Shown: positions 37,633 to 46,824 of the stretch, piece by piece
Numbering within the stretch: position 1 is the first letter of the stretch
Layout: each line of letters opens with the position of its first letter
NCBI GenBank assembly: GCA_016180945.1
Contig: JACPAG010000002.1
Location: forward strand, 128,210 to 192,209
Source: Candidatus Aenigmatarchaeota archaeon
GTDB lineage: Archaea > Aenigmatarchaeota > Aenigmatarchaeia > GW2011-AR5
DNA length: 64,000 bases
Direction: 5' to 3'
Position numbers and translations under genes: made by a program
Notes under the pieces: model-generated
What the model was told of the DNA's origin: nothing
What the model saw: only the letters and a program-made list of their open reading frames with translations
Database searches by the model: none

Positions 37633-38745
37633 ATGGTCCACATTTCTGCCCCTGGCAAGCTGATGATAGCCGGCGAATGGGCTGTTCTTGACGGCAGCAA
37701 ATGCATAGTTGCCGCCGTCAACAAACGCGTCCACAGCATCGTAGAGCCGCTGGCAGGAAATTATATTTCTGTCAGCATAGACGACTTCAGGCTGCAGGAC
37801 ATAAGATTTACTTGGGACGGCAAGCTCAGCCTGTTCAAGATTTATCAGGTCGATGCGGAAAAATTAAAATTCACGAAAGAATCGATAGAAGTTGCATTAA
37901 GATTTTTAATAGAAAACGGCTTTAAGTTCAAGCCGTTCAAAATCCGGACATACGGCGAAGATACTAACATAGAGGTAGGAGGAGAAAATAAAAAAGTCGG
38001 CTTCGGCTCCTCTGCTGCGGCTGTTGTCGCTATCATTGCATCAATACTTAATTTTCATAGCTATAGAGCAAGTAACGAGGACCTCTACAAGCTGGCAGCA
38101 ATCGCCCATTATTATGCGCAGGGCAAGGTCGGAAGTGCATTTGATGTGGCTGCATCAACTTATGGCGGTGTAATTGTCTACAAACGTTTTGACGCAACAT
38201 GGCTGACAAAAAAGACTGAAACCGGAGAGAAGCTTTCATCAATCGTAAAAGATAAATGGCCCGGCTTCTTTGTCGAGCCGTTGGTGATACCAGAAAACCT
38301 GTGTCTGGCTGTTGCATGGACAAAGGAAAGCGCCTCTACAGGCGGAATGATAAAGCAGATGGATTCTTTCAGGCAATCAAACGCGGGGAAATATATGGCG
38401 ATTTACGATAGCATCAGCCATGTCGTTGAATCGCTCATAGATTCATGGAAATCCAGCGACGAAGAAAAGATGCTGGATTCTATCCGCAGGAACAGAGAAT
38501 TGCTGCGCCAGCTTACCAAAGAGTCCGGCGTTAGCATAGAAACGCCTGAACTCAGGCAGTTGGCAGAAATTGCAGAAAAGTACAAAGCCGCCGGCAAGTT
38601 ATCCGGAGCCGGAGGCGGCGACTGCGGCTTTGCCATATCTTTTGATAAAGATTCTATAGAAAAGGTAAAACAGGCATGGAAACAGGCAGGCCTTTATCCT
38701 ATTGATACAGATATAGATAAGAACGGGGTAAGGCTGGAGAAATAA
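37633..38745 (+). CDS. mvaK2: Phosphomevalonate kinase (GHMP/ERG8-mvaK2 type)
   Basis: APGKLMIAGEWAVL, KKVGFGSSAA, GSAFDVAAS.YGG, KLSGAGGGDCG. Confidence 0.88.
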   Translation: MVHISAPGKLMIAGEWAVLDGSKCIVAAVNKRVHSIVEPLAGNYISVSIDDFRLQDIRFTWDGKLSLFKIYQVDAEKLKFTKESIEVALRFLIENGFKFKPFKIRTYGEDTNIEVGGENKKVGFGSSAAAVVAIIASILNFHSYRASNEDLYKLAAIAHYYAQGKVGSAFDVAASTYGGVIVYKRFDATWLTKKTETGEKLSSIVKDKWPGFFVEPLVIPENLCLAVAWTKESASTGGMIKQMDSFRQSNAGKYMAIYDSISHVVESLIDSWKSSDEEKMLDSIRRNRELLRQLTKESGVSIETPELRQLAEIAEKYKAAGKLSGAGGGDCGFAISFDKDSIEKVKQAWKQAGLYPIDTDIDKNGVRLEK

Positions 38746-38773
38746 TAATTATGTTTACAGGAAAGGTGGATAA

Positions 38774-39298
38774 ATGGAACAAATAATCCTGGTCGACAGC
38801 GAGGACAATGAAATCGGGTATGAAGAAAAGGGGAGATGCCACCATCCAAAACCTGTTCTTCACAGGGCGCTTTCTGTTTTTATCTTCAATGATGAGAACG
38901 AGATGCTCATAACAAGACGAAGTTCAGGAAAAAAAACGTGGCCCCTGTACTGGAGCAACGCCTGCTGCAGCCATCCGAGGAAAGGAGAAGAATGCGGTGC
39001 CGCCGCAAAAAGAAGGGTAAAGGAAGAATTGGGGATAGATTGCAGCCCTGCGTTTCTGTTCAAATTCGAATACAGCGCCCAGTACAATGACAGCTGGGGC
39101 GAGCACGAGCTTGATTGGGTTTTTGCCGGAAAGCACAATGGCATAATAAAGCCGGATAAAGACGAAATAAAAGAGTGGAAATTCATTGGCATAGAAGAGT
39201 TGAAAGCTGATGTGAAAAAAAATCCAGAGAAATACACGCCATGGTTCAGGATGTCTCTGGAAAGAGTTTTAGGACATGTCAAAAGAAACAAATTTTAA
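38774..39298 (+). CDS. idi: Isopentenyl-diphosphate delta-isomerase type 1 (Nudix fold)
   Basis: LHRALSVFIFN, WSNACCSHP, RRVKEELG, EHELD, YTPWF. Confidence 0.93.
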   Translation: MEQIILVDSEDNEIGYEEKGRCHHPKPVLHRALSVFIFNDENEMLITRRSSGKKTWPLYWSNACCSHPRKGEECGAAAKRRVKEELGIDCSPAFLFKFEYSAQYNDSWGEHELDWVFAGKHNGIIKPDKDEIKEWKFIGIEELKADVKKNPEKYTPWFRMSLERVLGHVKRNKF

Positions 39299-39486
39299 CG
39301 TTTGCCGCGCTTGGCTATTGTTGCTATATAACCGGCTACCCTGTTTCTTACTTTTTTGTCAACTATAATTTTCAGCTCGTCCAAAGCTTTCTTGTTCTCC
39401 TCGAAACCCGCCTTGAATCTATCCGGATATCTGGCCAATAGCTCGAAAGACGCCTTTTTTATGTCGGCTGTCCTGATGTTTCCTAT
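39295..39486 (-). CDS. rps17e: 30S ribosomal protein S17e (start uncertain: ATA at 39486 or GTG at 39495)
   Basis: GNIRTADIK...FEENKK...KKVRNRVAGYI. Confidence 0.9.
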   Translation of the reverse strand: MGNIRTADIKKASFELLARYPDRFKAGFEENKKALDELKIIVDKKVRNRVAGYIATIAKRGKR

Positions 39487-39537
39487 GATAATCACCTTTC
39501 CTTTGGTTTGTTGCAAACGTTAAAAAGCTTTTCCTGA

Positions 39538-40500
39538 GTGATGATAGTCATGAAAGCGTTTGCTGCAAAGCACCCTGTAGGGCTGTTCGTCTTTTCTGAC
39601 AACAAAGAACTTCTCCACTACAGGCTTTCAAGCAAAAATCCGTCCAAGGCAGTGGAAGAATTTCTGATGCAGCCGCAACTGACTGGTTACGAATTAATTG
39701 AGAATAATTTTGCCAGACAATTGTTAAGAAAAAACATACGGGATTACGCGATATCTCTGGGTTTTTGCCAAAGCGACAGTGATTTCAACGGCTTTCTTTC
39801 CGCCTTCGCATCAATCTTGGCAAGGCGCAGAATGAAAGGTTCCGTGGGGCGGGACAAACTGCTGATACAGGCATCTAATGCATTGGAAAATCTGAATGAT
39901 TCGGTAAGCTTATACTTGGAAAGGCTGAAAGAGTGGTATTCTCTGCATTATCCGGAACTGGATATCGGCCAGAAAGAAGTGGAAGAAATTATTGCCTATG
40001 GAAAAAGAGAAAACTTCCCCGGTTTCCGCGAAAGCACCGGCGTGGAGTTGACGGAGAAAGACGAGTCCGTGTTAAAAGACTATGCAGCGATGCTCAGAAC
40101 TATGGCAGAAGCAAAATCTAAGATGGAAAGATACGTTAAAGAAACGGTAAAGGAAATAGCGCCTAATTTCTCCTCGCTGCTTGACCCTGTGCTGGCGGCA
40201 CGATTCGTTTCGTTAGCCGGCGGCTTGGAAAAGCTGGCCAGACTGCCCGCGTCAAGCATACAACTATTGGGCGCTGAAAAGGCATTATTCAGGCACCTGA
40301 AAAAACAGGGCAAGTCACCAAAATACGGCATCCTGTTCATGGATTCAAGAATACAAGCGGCTGTGCCTGAAAAGAAGGGAAAAGTCGCAAGGACCGTCTC
40401 TTCAAAGCTTATGCTTGCAGCAAGAATTGATTTTTATTCCGGCCGTTTCGAAGAAAAGCTGAAAAAAGAGCTGGAAGAAGAATTGAAGGCGATACAATGA
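39538..40500 (+). CDS. nop5: C/D box sRNP core protein Nop5 (Nop56/58)
   Basis: LKEWYSLHYPEL, PASSIQLLGAEKALFRHL, PKYGILF, AARIDFY. Confidence 0.93.
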   Translation: MMIVMKAFAAKHPVGLFVFSDNKELLHYRLSSKNPSKAVEEFLMQPQLTGYELIENNFARQLLRKNIRDYAISLGFCQSDSDFNGFLSAFASILARRRMKGSVGRDKLLIQASNALENLNDSVSLYLERLKEWYSLHYPELDIGQKEVEEIIAYGKRENFPGFRESTGVELTEKDESVLKDYAAMLRTMAEAKSKMERYVKETVKEIAPNFSSLLDPVLAARFVSLAGGLEKLARLPASSIQLLGAEKALFRHLKKQGKSPKYGILFMDSRIQAAVPEKKGKVARTVSSKLMLAARIDFYSGRFEEKLKKELEEELKAIQ

Positions 40501-40502
40501 AA

Positions 40503-40568
40503 AATAATATGGCGATCGACTCGCCAAGCATAATATGGCACTCGACCTTTTGCATCAGCAAAAGGGGG
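40503..40568 (+). repeat. Tandem family G elements
   Basis: TAATATGGCGATCGACT then TAATATGGCACTCGA-CCTTTTGC-atca-GCAAAAGG-GGG, upstream of the ATG at 40580. Confidence 0.65.
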
Positions 40569-40579
40569 AGGAGGGGATA

Positions 40580-41257
40580 ATGAGGGCCGCGATTTTTGAC
40601 ATAGACGGCGTGCTTACCAAAGGCTTTGCCATCCGCCACTTCTGGAATCATCTGGCCGAAAAGGGCATAATTGACGCCTCCCCTTTGTTGACATCTAAGA
40701 AAATCTTTGACAAATTCCATAAAGGCGAGATTAGTTACAGAGAAATGGGAAATAACGTGATGGAACTCGTTGCTTTGGCATTCAGGGGAGCAAGCCAGAA
40801 AGAAGTGGATAGCGAGTCAAAAAACTTTTTCCGCTCCAATAAAATAGACCTGTTCGATTACACAATACCACTCATAAGCTTGCTGAAAAAACAAAAGCTG
40901 AAAATAATAGCAGTTTCCGGATCTACAATAGAATTCCTTGAGAATTACAAGGAGCTTCTTGGATTTGATGTCGTATTCGGAACAGAGCTTGAGATTGTAG
41001 ACGGCAAATACACAGGTTCCCTAAAAACCCGTCTTGGTACAGGAGAATCCAAGAAAAAAGTTTTGCAAAGCTTATCGGGAATGGATAGATTTATTGGTTT
41101 TGGAGACACGGAACAGGACATCCCTATTTTGGAGAGCGTGAAGGTTCCTGTAGCCCTTAATCCCAATAAAGAGTTGGAAAGCGCGGCGACAGAAAAGGGC
41201 TGGAAAATTCTTAGAGAAACAGACGATGTGGTTGAAGAGGTCAGGAGACTACTATGA
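40580..41257 (+). CDS. HAD-superfamily hydrolase (subfamily IB, PSP-like)
   Basis: FDIDGVL (DxD), VSGS, K, GFGDTEQD. Confidence 0.88.
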   Translation: MRAAIFDIDGVLTKGFAIRHFWNHLAEKGIIDASPLLTSKKIFDKFHKGEISYREMGNNVMELVALAFRGASQKEVDSESKNFFRSNKIDLFDYTIPLISLLKKQKLKIIAVSGSTIEFLENYKELLGFDVVFGTELEIVDGKYTGSLKTRLGTGESKKKVLQSLSGMDRFIGFGDTEQDIPILESVKVPVALNPNKELESAATEKGWKILRETDDVVEEVRRLL

Positions 41258-41895
41258 AAGAAGTTTTCCCGGGCATTTTCAGAGAAGGCAACAAAATCTA
41301 TACGGAAAACCTAGTTTCTGGAATAAGGGTCTACGGAGAAAAGCTCGTTAACGACAAAAGAGAGTGGATAGTTGAGCGAAGCAAGCTGGCCGCGGCCATA
41401 CTAAATGGATTGAAAGAGATGCCAATTAAGGAAGGAAGTAAAATTCTCTATTTAGGCGCCTCAACCGGCACAACCGTTTCCCACGTTTCGGATATAATTA
41501 AATTGGAAGGCATCGTCTACGCCATAGAGTTTGCAGAGAGGGTATTCAGAAACCTCATAGACCTGACAAAACAAAGGAAGAATATTGTTGCTATTATGGC
41601 AGACGCAAGGAAGCCGGAAGAATACGCGTGGGTCGAGGAGTGCGACGCTGTGTACGTAGATATCGCCGACCCGCAAGAATCGGAGATAGCAATAAGAAAC
41701 GCAAAAGAATTTTTGAAAGAAGGCGGTCATCTGCTCGTTGCAATCAAGTCGCAGAGCATAGACGTCACAAAGCCGCCTGCGCAGGTTTATAAAGAAGAAT
41801 CAGAGAAATTAAAGAAAGCCGGATTTTTCGTTATTCAGTTAATAGATTTAGAGCCATATGAACAAAAACATGCTATGATAATCGCAAGAAACTAG
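41254..41895 (+). CDS. flpA: Fibrillarin (rRNA/tRNA 2'-O-methyltransferase)
   Basis: RSKLAAAI, LYLGASTGTTVSHVSD, ADARKP, IKSQSID. Confidence 0.96.
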   Translation: MKEVFPGIFREGNKIYTENLVSGIRVYGEKLVNDKREWIVERSKLAAAILNGLKEMPIKEGSKILYLGASTGTTVSHVSDIIKLEGIVYAIEFAERVFRNLIDLTKQRKNIVAIMADARKPEEYAWVEECDAVYVDIADPQESEIAIRNAKEFLKEGGHLLVAIKSQSIDVTKPPAQVYKEESEKLKKAGFFVIQLIDLEPYEQKHAMIIARN

Positions 41896-42947
41896 CCTGT
41901 TATTTCTTCCAGCCGTTCCTTGAACTTTTCCCAGTCTTTCGCGTCCAGTGTCGCCCCGCCCGCCGCGTCATGGCCGCCGCCCGAAGCCTTCAGCCCTCTT
42001 GCTGCCGTCTGGAAAATCCTTCCTACGTCGAATTTCTTTGCCTGGTTTCTTCCTGAAAGTTTTATCTTGTTGCCCGTTTTTTCGTACACCAAAACCAGCT
42101 TATCCAGATGCTTTTCGCTAAGCTTGGTCGACACCGGCGAAGCAAGATTATACCGGGATTTTATATTGTAAAAAAGAATTTTGCCCTTCTTCTCTGCGCT
42201 TTGTTCTGCGTCGGCCATTATCGACATCATCTCATTTTCTATCGTCTTGAAAGATTCGATAAGCTTGTTGCCGTCTTTGACCGAAAAATCTTCCGGTCCT
42301 TTCATTTCCCCGAATATCTGCACCATCTCCTCGCACGTTAGAGCTTTCGTAGCCTTTGCTGCTGAAATCATGTCCGCCAGACGGCCGAAATGTGTTTCGT
42401 ACAAAATACTGGTTTTAAGGGAATATTTTTTTACAGCCTCTTTTACAAGGTCCTGCGAAAAATCCAGATTGTAATCAGAAACCGCTCCGACAGCGGCTAT
42501 CCATAAGAATTCGCTAATGTCCTGCAAAGCCGAACATATCTTATAAGTGCAATAGCTTGCGGATTTGTAAATATCGGATTTTTCAAACCTCGGGTTATAA
42601 TGCACGATGTTGTCAGAATTCATGTCCCTGAATATCTGATGATGGTCAATAATAAGTATGTCAGCCATGCCGGACAGATTTTTGAGAACGCTCTGCTGCT
42701 GGTCTATGGCTATGTCAAGGATTATGATCTTGCCCGGCACGGTTGTCTGGACTTTCCGTATCAGATTTTTTTCCGTAGGCATGGGCTGTGAGATTATGTA
42801 CGGCTTATTGTCCTTCAGATACTTGTTTATAAGAATACAAGAACAGATGCCGTCGCCGTCGTTATTGAAAATTACCACCACGTTGTCCGTGGTTTTTATG
42901 CCCTTTAGGAAGTCAACGGCCCTCTTGAAGACCTCGTCGTGGTTCAT
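41892..42947 (-). CDS. DHH/DHHA1 phosphoesterase (RecJ-like)
   Basis: NNDGDG, LDI, IIDHH, GAVSD, GGGHDAAGG. Confidence 0.85.
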   Translation of the reverse strand: MNHDEVFKRAVDFLKGIKTTDNVVVIFNNDGDGICSCILINKYLKDNKPYIISQPMPTEKNLIRKVQTTVPGKIIILDIAIDQQQSVLKNLSGMADILIIDHHQIFRDMNSDNIVHYNPRFEKSDIYKSASYCTYKICSALQDISEFLWIAAVGAVSDYNLDFSQDLVKEAVKKYSLKTSILYETHFGRLADMISAAKATKALTCEEMVQIFGEMKGPEDFSVKDGNKLIESFKTIENEMMSIMADAEQSAEKKGKILFYNIKSRYNLASPVSTKLSEKHLDKLVLVYEKTGNKIKLSGRNQAKKFDVGRIFQTAARGLKASGGGHDAAGGATLDAKDWEKFKERLEEITG

Positions 42948-42994
42948 GGTTTTTTTCTTTTGGCGCAAGCTTAAATAAGCTCACTTTTTCTACG

Positions 42995-43026
42995 TAGACT
43001 GACGCACTGCGGTGCGTCTAGTTGTT
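42995..43026 (+). repeat. Family E hairpin repeat
   Basis: GACTGACGCAC-tgcg-GTGCGTCTAGTTGT. Confidence 0.65.
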
Positions 43027-43056
43027 CGAAAAAGTAGCTTGTCTTCGAAAAGCAAA

Positions 43057-43144
43057 GCATTCGGAGAATCAAAGATTCTCCGATGCATCAATGAGCTTTG
43101 CTCATTGCTTGTTTTTCGGGACATCAGAAACCGTAAGGTTTCTG
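43057..43144. repeat. Cluster of hairpin cassettes
   Basis: TCGGAGAATC-aaa-GATTCTCCGA; CAATGAGC-ttt-GCTCATTG; CAGAAACC-gtaa-GGTTTCTG. Confidence 0.7.
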
Positions 43145-43195
43145 CTTGCAGTCAAAAAGAAAGGATGTAAAAAATAATATGTGGTTTTGGGGAGA

Positions 43196-46030
43196 TTATA
43201 GCTTCTTTATTTCAATTCCTATTTTCCTGCCTTCGAAGTCTATTGTTGCGCCCTTGGCTTTTTCGAATGCAATGGATGCGGCGCCGACATCTTTCTGCAT
43301 CTGTTTCCTGTACTTCTCCAGTTCGTTGCACCCTTCAAGTTTTAGGGAAATCTCGTCCTGTACAACCAAACCGGCCTTTTTGCGCATGTCCTGCACTTTT
43401 CTCAGCACTTCGCGCAGCAATGCCTCTTCCTTCAATCCCTCAGTTAACCTGGTGTCAAGATAAACTTTTCCATCATTGACCTCTTTTGACAAAAATTTAT
43501 TCCCGATACCATTTTCCTTATCCGAACAGCTTACTTTTTTCACATTGCACATCAATCCTATTACAGAAGACAATTTCTCAACTGCCTCCTTGTTCTCCGG
43601 GCCGCTTACTCTTACTTCAGCCAGCGGCCATCTCGATTTTATCTTTGCCTCGGCCCTCATGGAGCTTGCGGTCTCTACTATTGTCTTTGCCAGAGACATA
43701 TTTGCCTCGAGTTCTTTGTCAACCAGTTTTTTATCAGCCTGCGGCCAGTCACAGAGATGGACGGACTCTTTTTTTTCTCCCAGTGGCTTCAAGACATCCT
43801 GATAGACATGTTCTGCCAGAAAAGGGCATAGAGGAGCCAGCAGTTTTGCCACGGTGCCGCTTACGTGGAAAAGCGTATGCATGGCCGCAGCTTTGTCTTT
43901 GCCTTCGTAACCAGGCCAGACCCTGTCGCGGACGAGCTTTATGTACCATCTCGAAAAGTCGTTGAGAATAAAATCGTACAGTTCTGCAGCCGCCTTGTGG
44001 CCGTTGTATGCCTGAAAGTTTTTGGTGAAGCTTTCAACCAGAGAATTCAAGCGGGACAGCATCCACTTGTCTTCTATATTCAACCTTTTTGTCTTTCCTG
44101 TTTTAGTGGCGTATGATTTCACAAAGTTAAACGTATTCTCGATGACGTTGAAAGACTTTGATATCTCTTCTATCTCTTTTGGGTTGAAATAAAAATCATT
44201 CCATGGAGCTGAAGACAGCAGATAGTACCGTAAAACGTCACGCCCGTATTTTTTGACGGCATCAAAAGGGTCTACTATGTTGCCCTTGCTTTTTGACATC
44301 TTTATTCCGTGAGAGTCAAGCACAAAGCCGTGGAAAAGTATGTTTGTGAACGGCGCTCTGTCGAATGTTATCACGCTCGTTATGAGTTCCGAGTTCCACC
44401 AGCCGCGTATCTGGTCCGGCCCCTCCGTCTGAAAATCACACGGCCACAGATCGTTGAAAAGTTTTTTATTTTTCGGATAGCCGAGAGACGCCCAGCCGGC
44501 AAGGCCGGAGTCAAACCATACATCCAGAACGTCCTTTATTCTTTCCATCTTCCCGCTGCATTTGCATTCGAGCAAAACTTCATCTATATATGGTCTGTGC
44601 AAATCCCCTAATTTCGCAGGCAGCTCTTCTGATGAACCTATCACCTTAACTGATTCGCATTTCTCGCATGTCCATATCGGCAACGGTATCCCCCAGTATC
44701 GCTGCCGGGATATAGGCCAGTCGCCCAGGCTTTCCAGCCAGTTGTGGAATCGTTTCTGCGCCCAGTCCGGGTACCATTTTACCTTTTCGTTTTCTCTTAT
44801 CAATTTATCCCTTATTGCCGTGACGCGGAAAAACCACTGGGGCACAGCCATCTGCAGCAACGGGGACGAGCATCTCCAGCACAGGGGATAATCGTGCGTG
44901 ACCTTTTCTTGAAACAGCAGCGCGTTCCTGTCCTTCAGGTCCTGAATAATTATCTTATTGGCATCTTTGGCGTACATCCCCGCGTATTTCCCGGAATTCT
45001 CATCAAACCTTCCGTCAAGCTTTAATGGATTTACGGCAGGCAGGTTGTTCTTCATGCCTACGTCGTAGTCTTCCTTGCCGTGCCCCGGAGCTGTATGAAC
45101 CAATCCTGTTCCCTCTTCCAAACTGACATACTGATCTGAAAGAACCACCCTGTGGATATTTTTCAGATTTTTATGGAACGGAAGAAGGTCAGAAAGTGGA
45201 TGCAGGTACCGGAGACCTTCCATCTGCTTGCCTTTGAACGACTCTATAACTTTGTAATTCGTGATGTTAAATTTACTCATCAATGTTTCAAGCAAATCCT
45301 TTGCTACTATCAAAATTTCATCATTTATCTTTACTTTGACATATTCCGCATCCGGTTTAACCATCACGCCCATGTTTGACGGTATCGTCCATGGAGTAGT
45401 TGTCCAGACTAACAGGTATTCGTTTTCTTTTCCGGCTGCTTGGAATTTTACGTAGATACTCGGATCAGTTACTTTCTCGTACTCGATTTCATTATAAGCC
45501 ACGGCCGTCTGGCAGTGGCTGCAGACATGGACGGAATAATTGCCCTTGAACAAAAACCCCTTTTGATAGGCGATTTTAAAAGTCGCCCATGCGCCTTCTA
45601 TGTAATCGTTCGTCAGGGTGAGGTACGGGTTCGCCCAGTCCATCCACACGCCCAAATCCTCGAACTGCTGGTTCATCACGTTTATGAACCGCGTCGCATA
45701 ATTTCTGCACGCCAGAATGAATTTTTCCACGCCAAAGGTTTCTATTTCCTGTTTCGATTTTATCTTCAGCTCCTCCTGAACCTTGTTCTCTATCGGCAGC
45801 CCGTGCGTATCGTATCCCGGCTGGTCCCACACCGCAAAGCCGTTCATGCGGAAAAAGCGCAGGTACATGTCCTTCAGTATCTTGTTCCACGCCGTGCCCA
45901 TGTGTATCGCCCCGGTCGCGTAGGGCGGCCCGTCCAGGAAGTAGAATTTTTTGCCTTTCCTCTTCGACTTCTGGTAAATGCTGTTTTGCCGCCAAAAGGC
46001 TGCTACCTCTTCTTCCTGTTCTTTTTTCAT
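43196..46030 (-). CDS. ileS: Isoleucyl-tRNA synthetase (archaeal/eukaryotic type)
   Basis: DGPPYATGAIHMGT, GYDTHGLPIE, WTTTPWT, GTGLVHTAPGHG, DWPISRQRYWG, KMSKS. Confidence 0.95.
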   Translation of the reverse strand: MKKEQEEEVAAFWRQNSIYQKSKRKGKKFYFLDGPPYATGAIHMGTAWNKILKDMYLRFFRMNGFAVWDQPGYDTHGLPIENKVQEELKIKSKQEIETFGVEKFILACRNYATRFINVMNQQFEDLGVWMDWANPYLTLTNDYIEGAWATFKIAYQKGFLFKGNYSVHVCSHCQTAVAYNEIEYEKVTDPSIYVKFQAAGKENEYLLVWTTTPWTIPSNMGVMVKPDAEYVKVKINDEILIVAKDLLETLMSKFNITNYKVIESFKGKQMEGLRYLHPLSDLLPFHKNLKNIHRVVLSDQYVSLEEGTGLVHTAPGHGKEDYDVGMKNNLPAVNPLKLDGRFDENSGKYAGMYAKDANKIIIQDLKDRNALLFQEKVTHDYPLCWRCSSPLLQMAVPQWFFRVTAIRDKLIRENEKVKWYPDWAQKRFHNWLESLGDWPISRQRYWGIPLPIWTCEKCESVKVIGSSEELPAKLGDLHRPYIDEVLLECKCSGKMERIKDVLDVWFDSGLAGWASLGYPKNKKLFNDLWPCDFQTEGPDQIRGWWNSELITSVITFDRAPFTNILFHGFVLDSHGIKMSKSKGNIVDPFDAVKKYGRDVLRYYLLSSAPWNDFYFNPKEIEEISKSFNVIENTFNFVKSYATKTGKTKRLNIEDKWMLSRLNSLVESFTKNFQAYNGHKAAAELYDFILNDFSRWYIKLVRDRVWPGYEGKDKAAAMHTLFHVSGTVAKLLAPLCPFLAEHVYQDVLKPLGEKKESVHLCDWPQADKKLVDKELEANMSLAKTIVETASSMRAEAKIKSRWPLAEVRVSGPENKEAVEKLSSVIGLMCNVKKVSCSDKENGIGNKFLSKEVNDGKVYLDTRLTEGLKEEALLREVLRKVQDMRKKAGLVVQDEISLKLEGCNELEKYRKQMQKDVGAASIAFEKAKGATIDFEGRKIGIEIKKL

Positions 46031-46051
46031 GAAATCACTTGTTGTTTGAGC

Positions 46052-46172
46052 ATCACATCTTCCTTATATACCACCGGTTAAAACCGGTGGTTTGCAAGAA
46101 GATGGGATCCAGAAGACATTGCATATTTTATCTGCTGCCTAAAGGCAGCAATTTTCAATGTCTTCTTAGATA
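46052..46172 (+). mobile_element. Family C element, diverged 121-bp form
   Basis: Same backbone as 31230-31350 with compensatory changes in all three stems. Confidence 0.8.
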
Positions 46173-46252
46173 ATAAATAGGAAATCTTTATTTAAAGTGC
46201 CCGAAGTTTTATAAATATTCGATTATAAAATGGCATAGGGCTCGTTAAAAAT

Positions 46253-46382
46253 TATAATCTGGCAATCGACTTCGACTGTAAGGAGCTAAAATTACACGCG
46301 AAGACCAGAGGTCTTCGGTGCATCGAAGAACCAAGAGGTTCTTCGAATGTAATATGGGATACGACTTGCCGGAGGCAAGGGG
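46253..46382 (+). repeat. Family G elements flanking a paired-hairpin cassette (46295-46349)
   Basis: ATAATCTGGCAATCGACT ... CGAAGACC-aga-GGTCTTCG, CGAAGAAC...GTTCTTCG ... TAATATGGGATACGA-CTTGCC-gga-GGCAAG-GGG before the MBF1 ATG. Confidence 0.65.
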
Positions 46383-46385
46383 TAT

Positions 46386-46823
46386 ATGGAGTGCGAGTTA
46401 TGCGGCAGGAATGCCGTTAGAAAAGCCGTAGTCGAGGAAGCTCTTCTGAACGTCTGCAGCGACTGTGTTCGTTATGGCACCGAGGTCAGGGAAGTCGAGA
46501 AACCGGTAAAAGAAAAACCCGTGTCGCTGGAAGACGTGTCTCTGGACCCTAGCTTTGCAACGATAATAAAAAGCAGACGCGAGTCCCTCGGCTTTGACAG
46601 GGAAGAGTTAGCCAAAAAGATAGGCGAGAAAGTTTCAGTTATAAGCCGCGTAGAGAAAGGCATGCATCCGACTGTTCATCTGACAAAAAAACTGGAAAAG
46701 GCGCTGAAAATAAAGCTTCTCGGCTACGAGTTCAGGGAGCAGCGGCTAGTTGCTTCAAAAACAGGCGAACTGACGCTGGGCGATGTGGCTGAAGTGCGTG
46801 TAAGGAAAAAACGGACAGCCTAG
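46386..46823 (+). CDS. mbf1: Archaeal multiprotein bridging factor aMBF1
   Basis: N-terminal Zn ribbon CELC/CSDC, C-terminal Cro-HTH, TLGDV. Confidence 0.9.
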   Translation: MECELCGRNAVRKAVVEEALLNVCSDCVRYGTEVREVEKPVKEKPVSLEDVSLDPSFATIIKSRRESLGFDREELAKKIGEKVSVISRVEKGMHPTVHLTKKLEKALKIKLLGYEFREQRLVASKTGELTLGDVAEVRVRKKRTA

Positions 46824-46824
46824 T

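Noticed and set aside
43196-46030. Valyl-tRNA synthetase call
   Set aside because: GPPYATG, HGLPIE and ISRQRYWG are IleRS signatures rather than ValRS (PPPNVTG/PPTVSG, ISRQLWWG)
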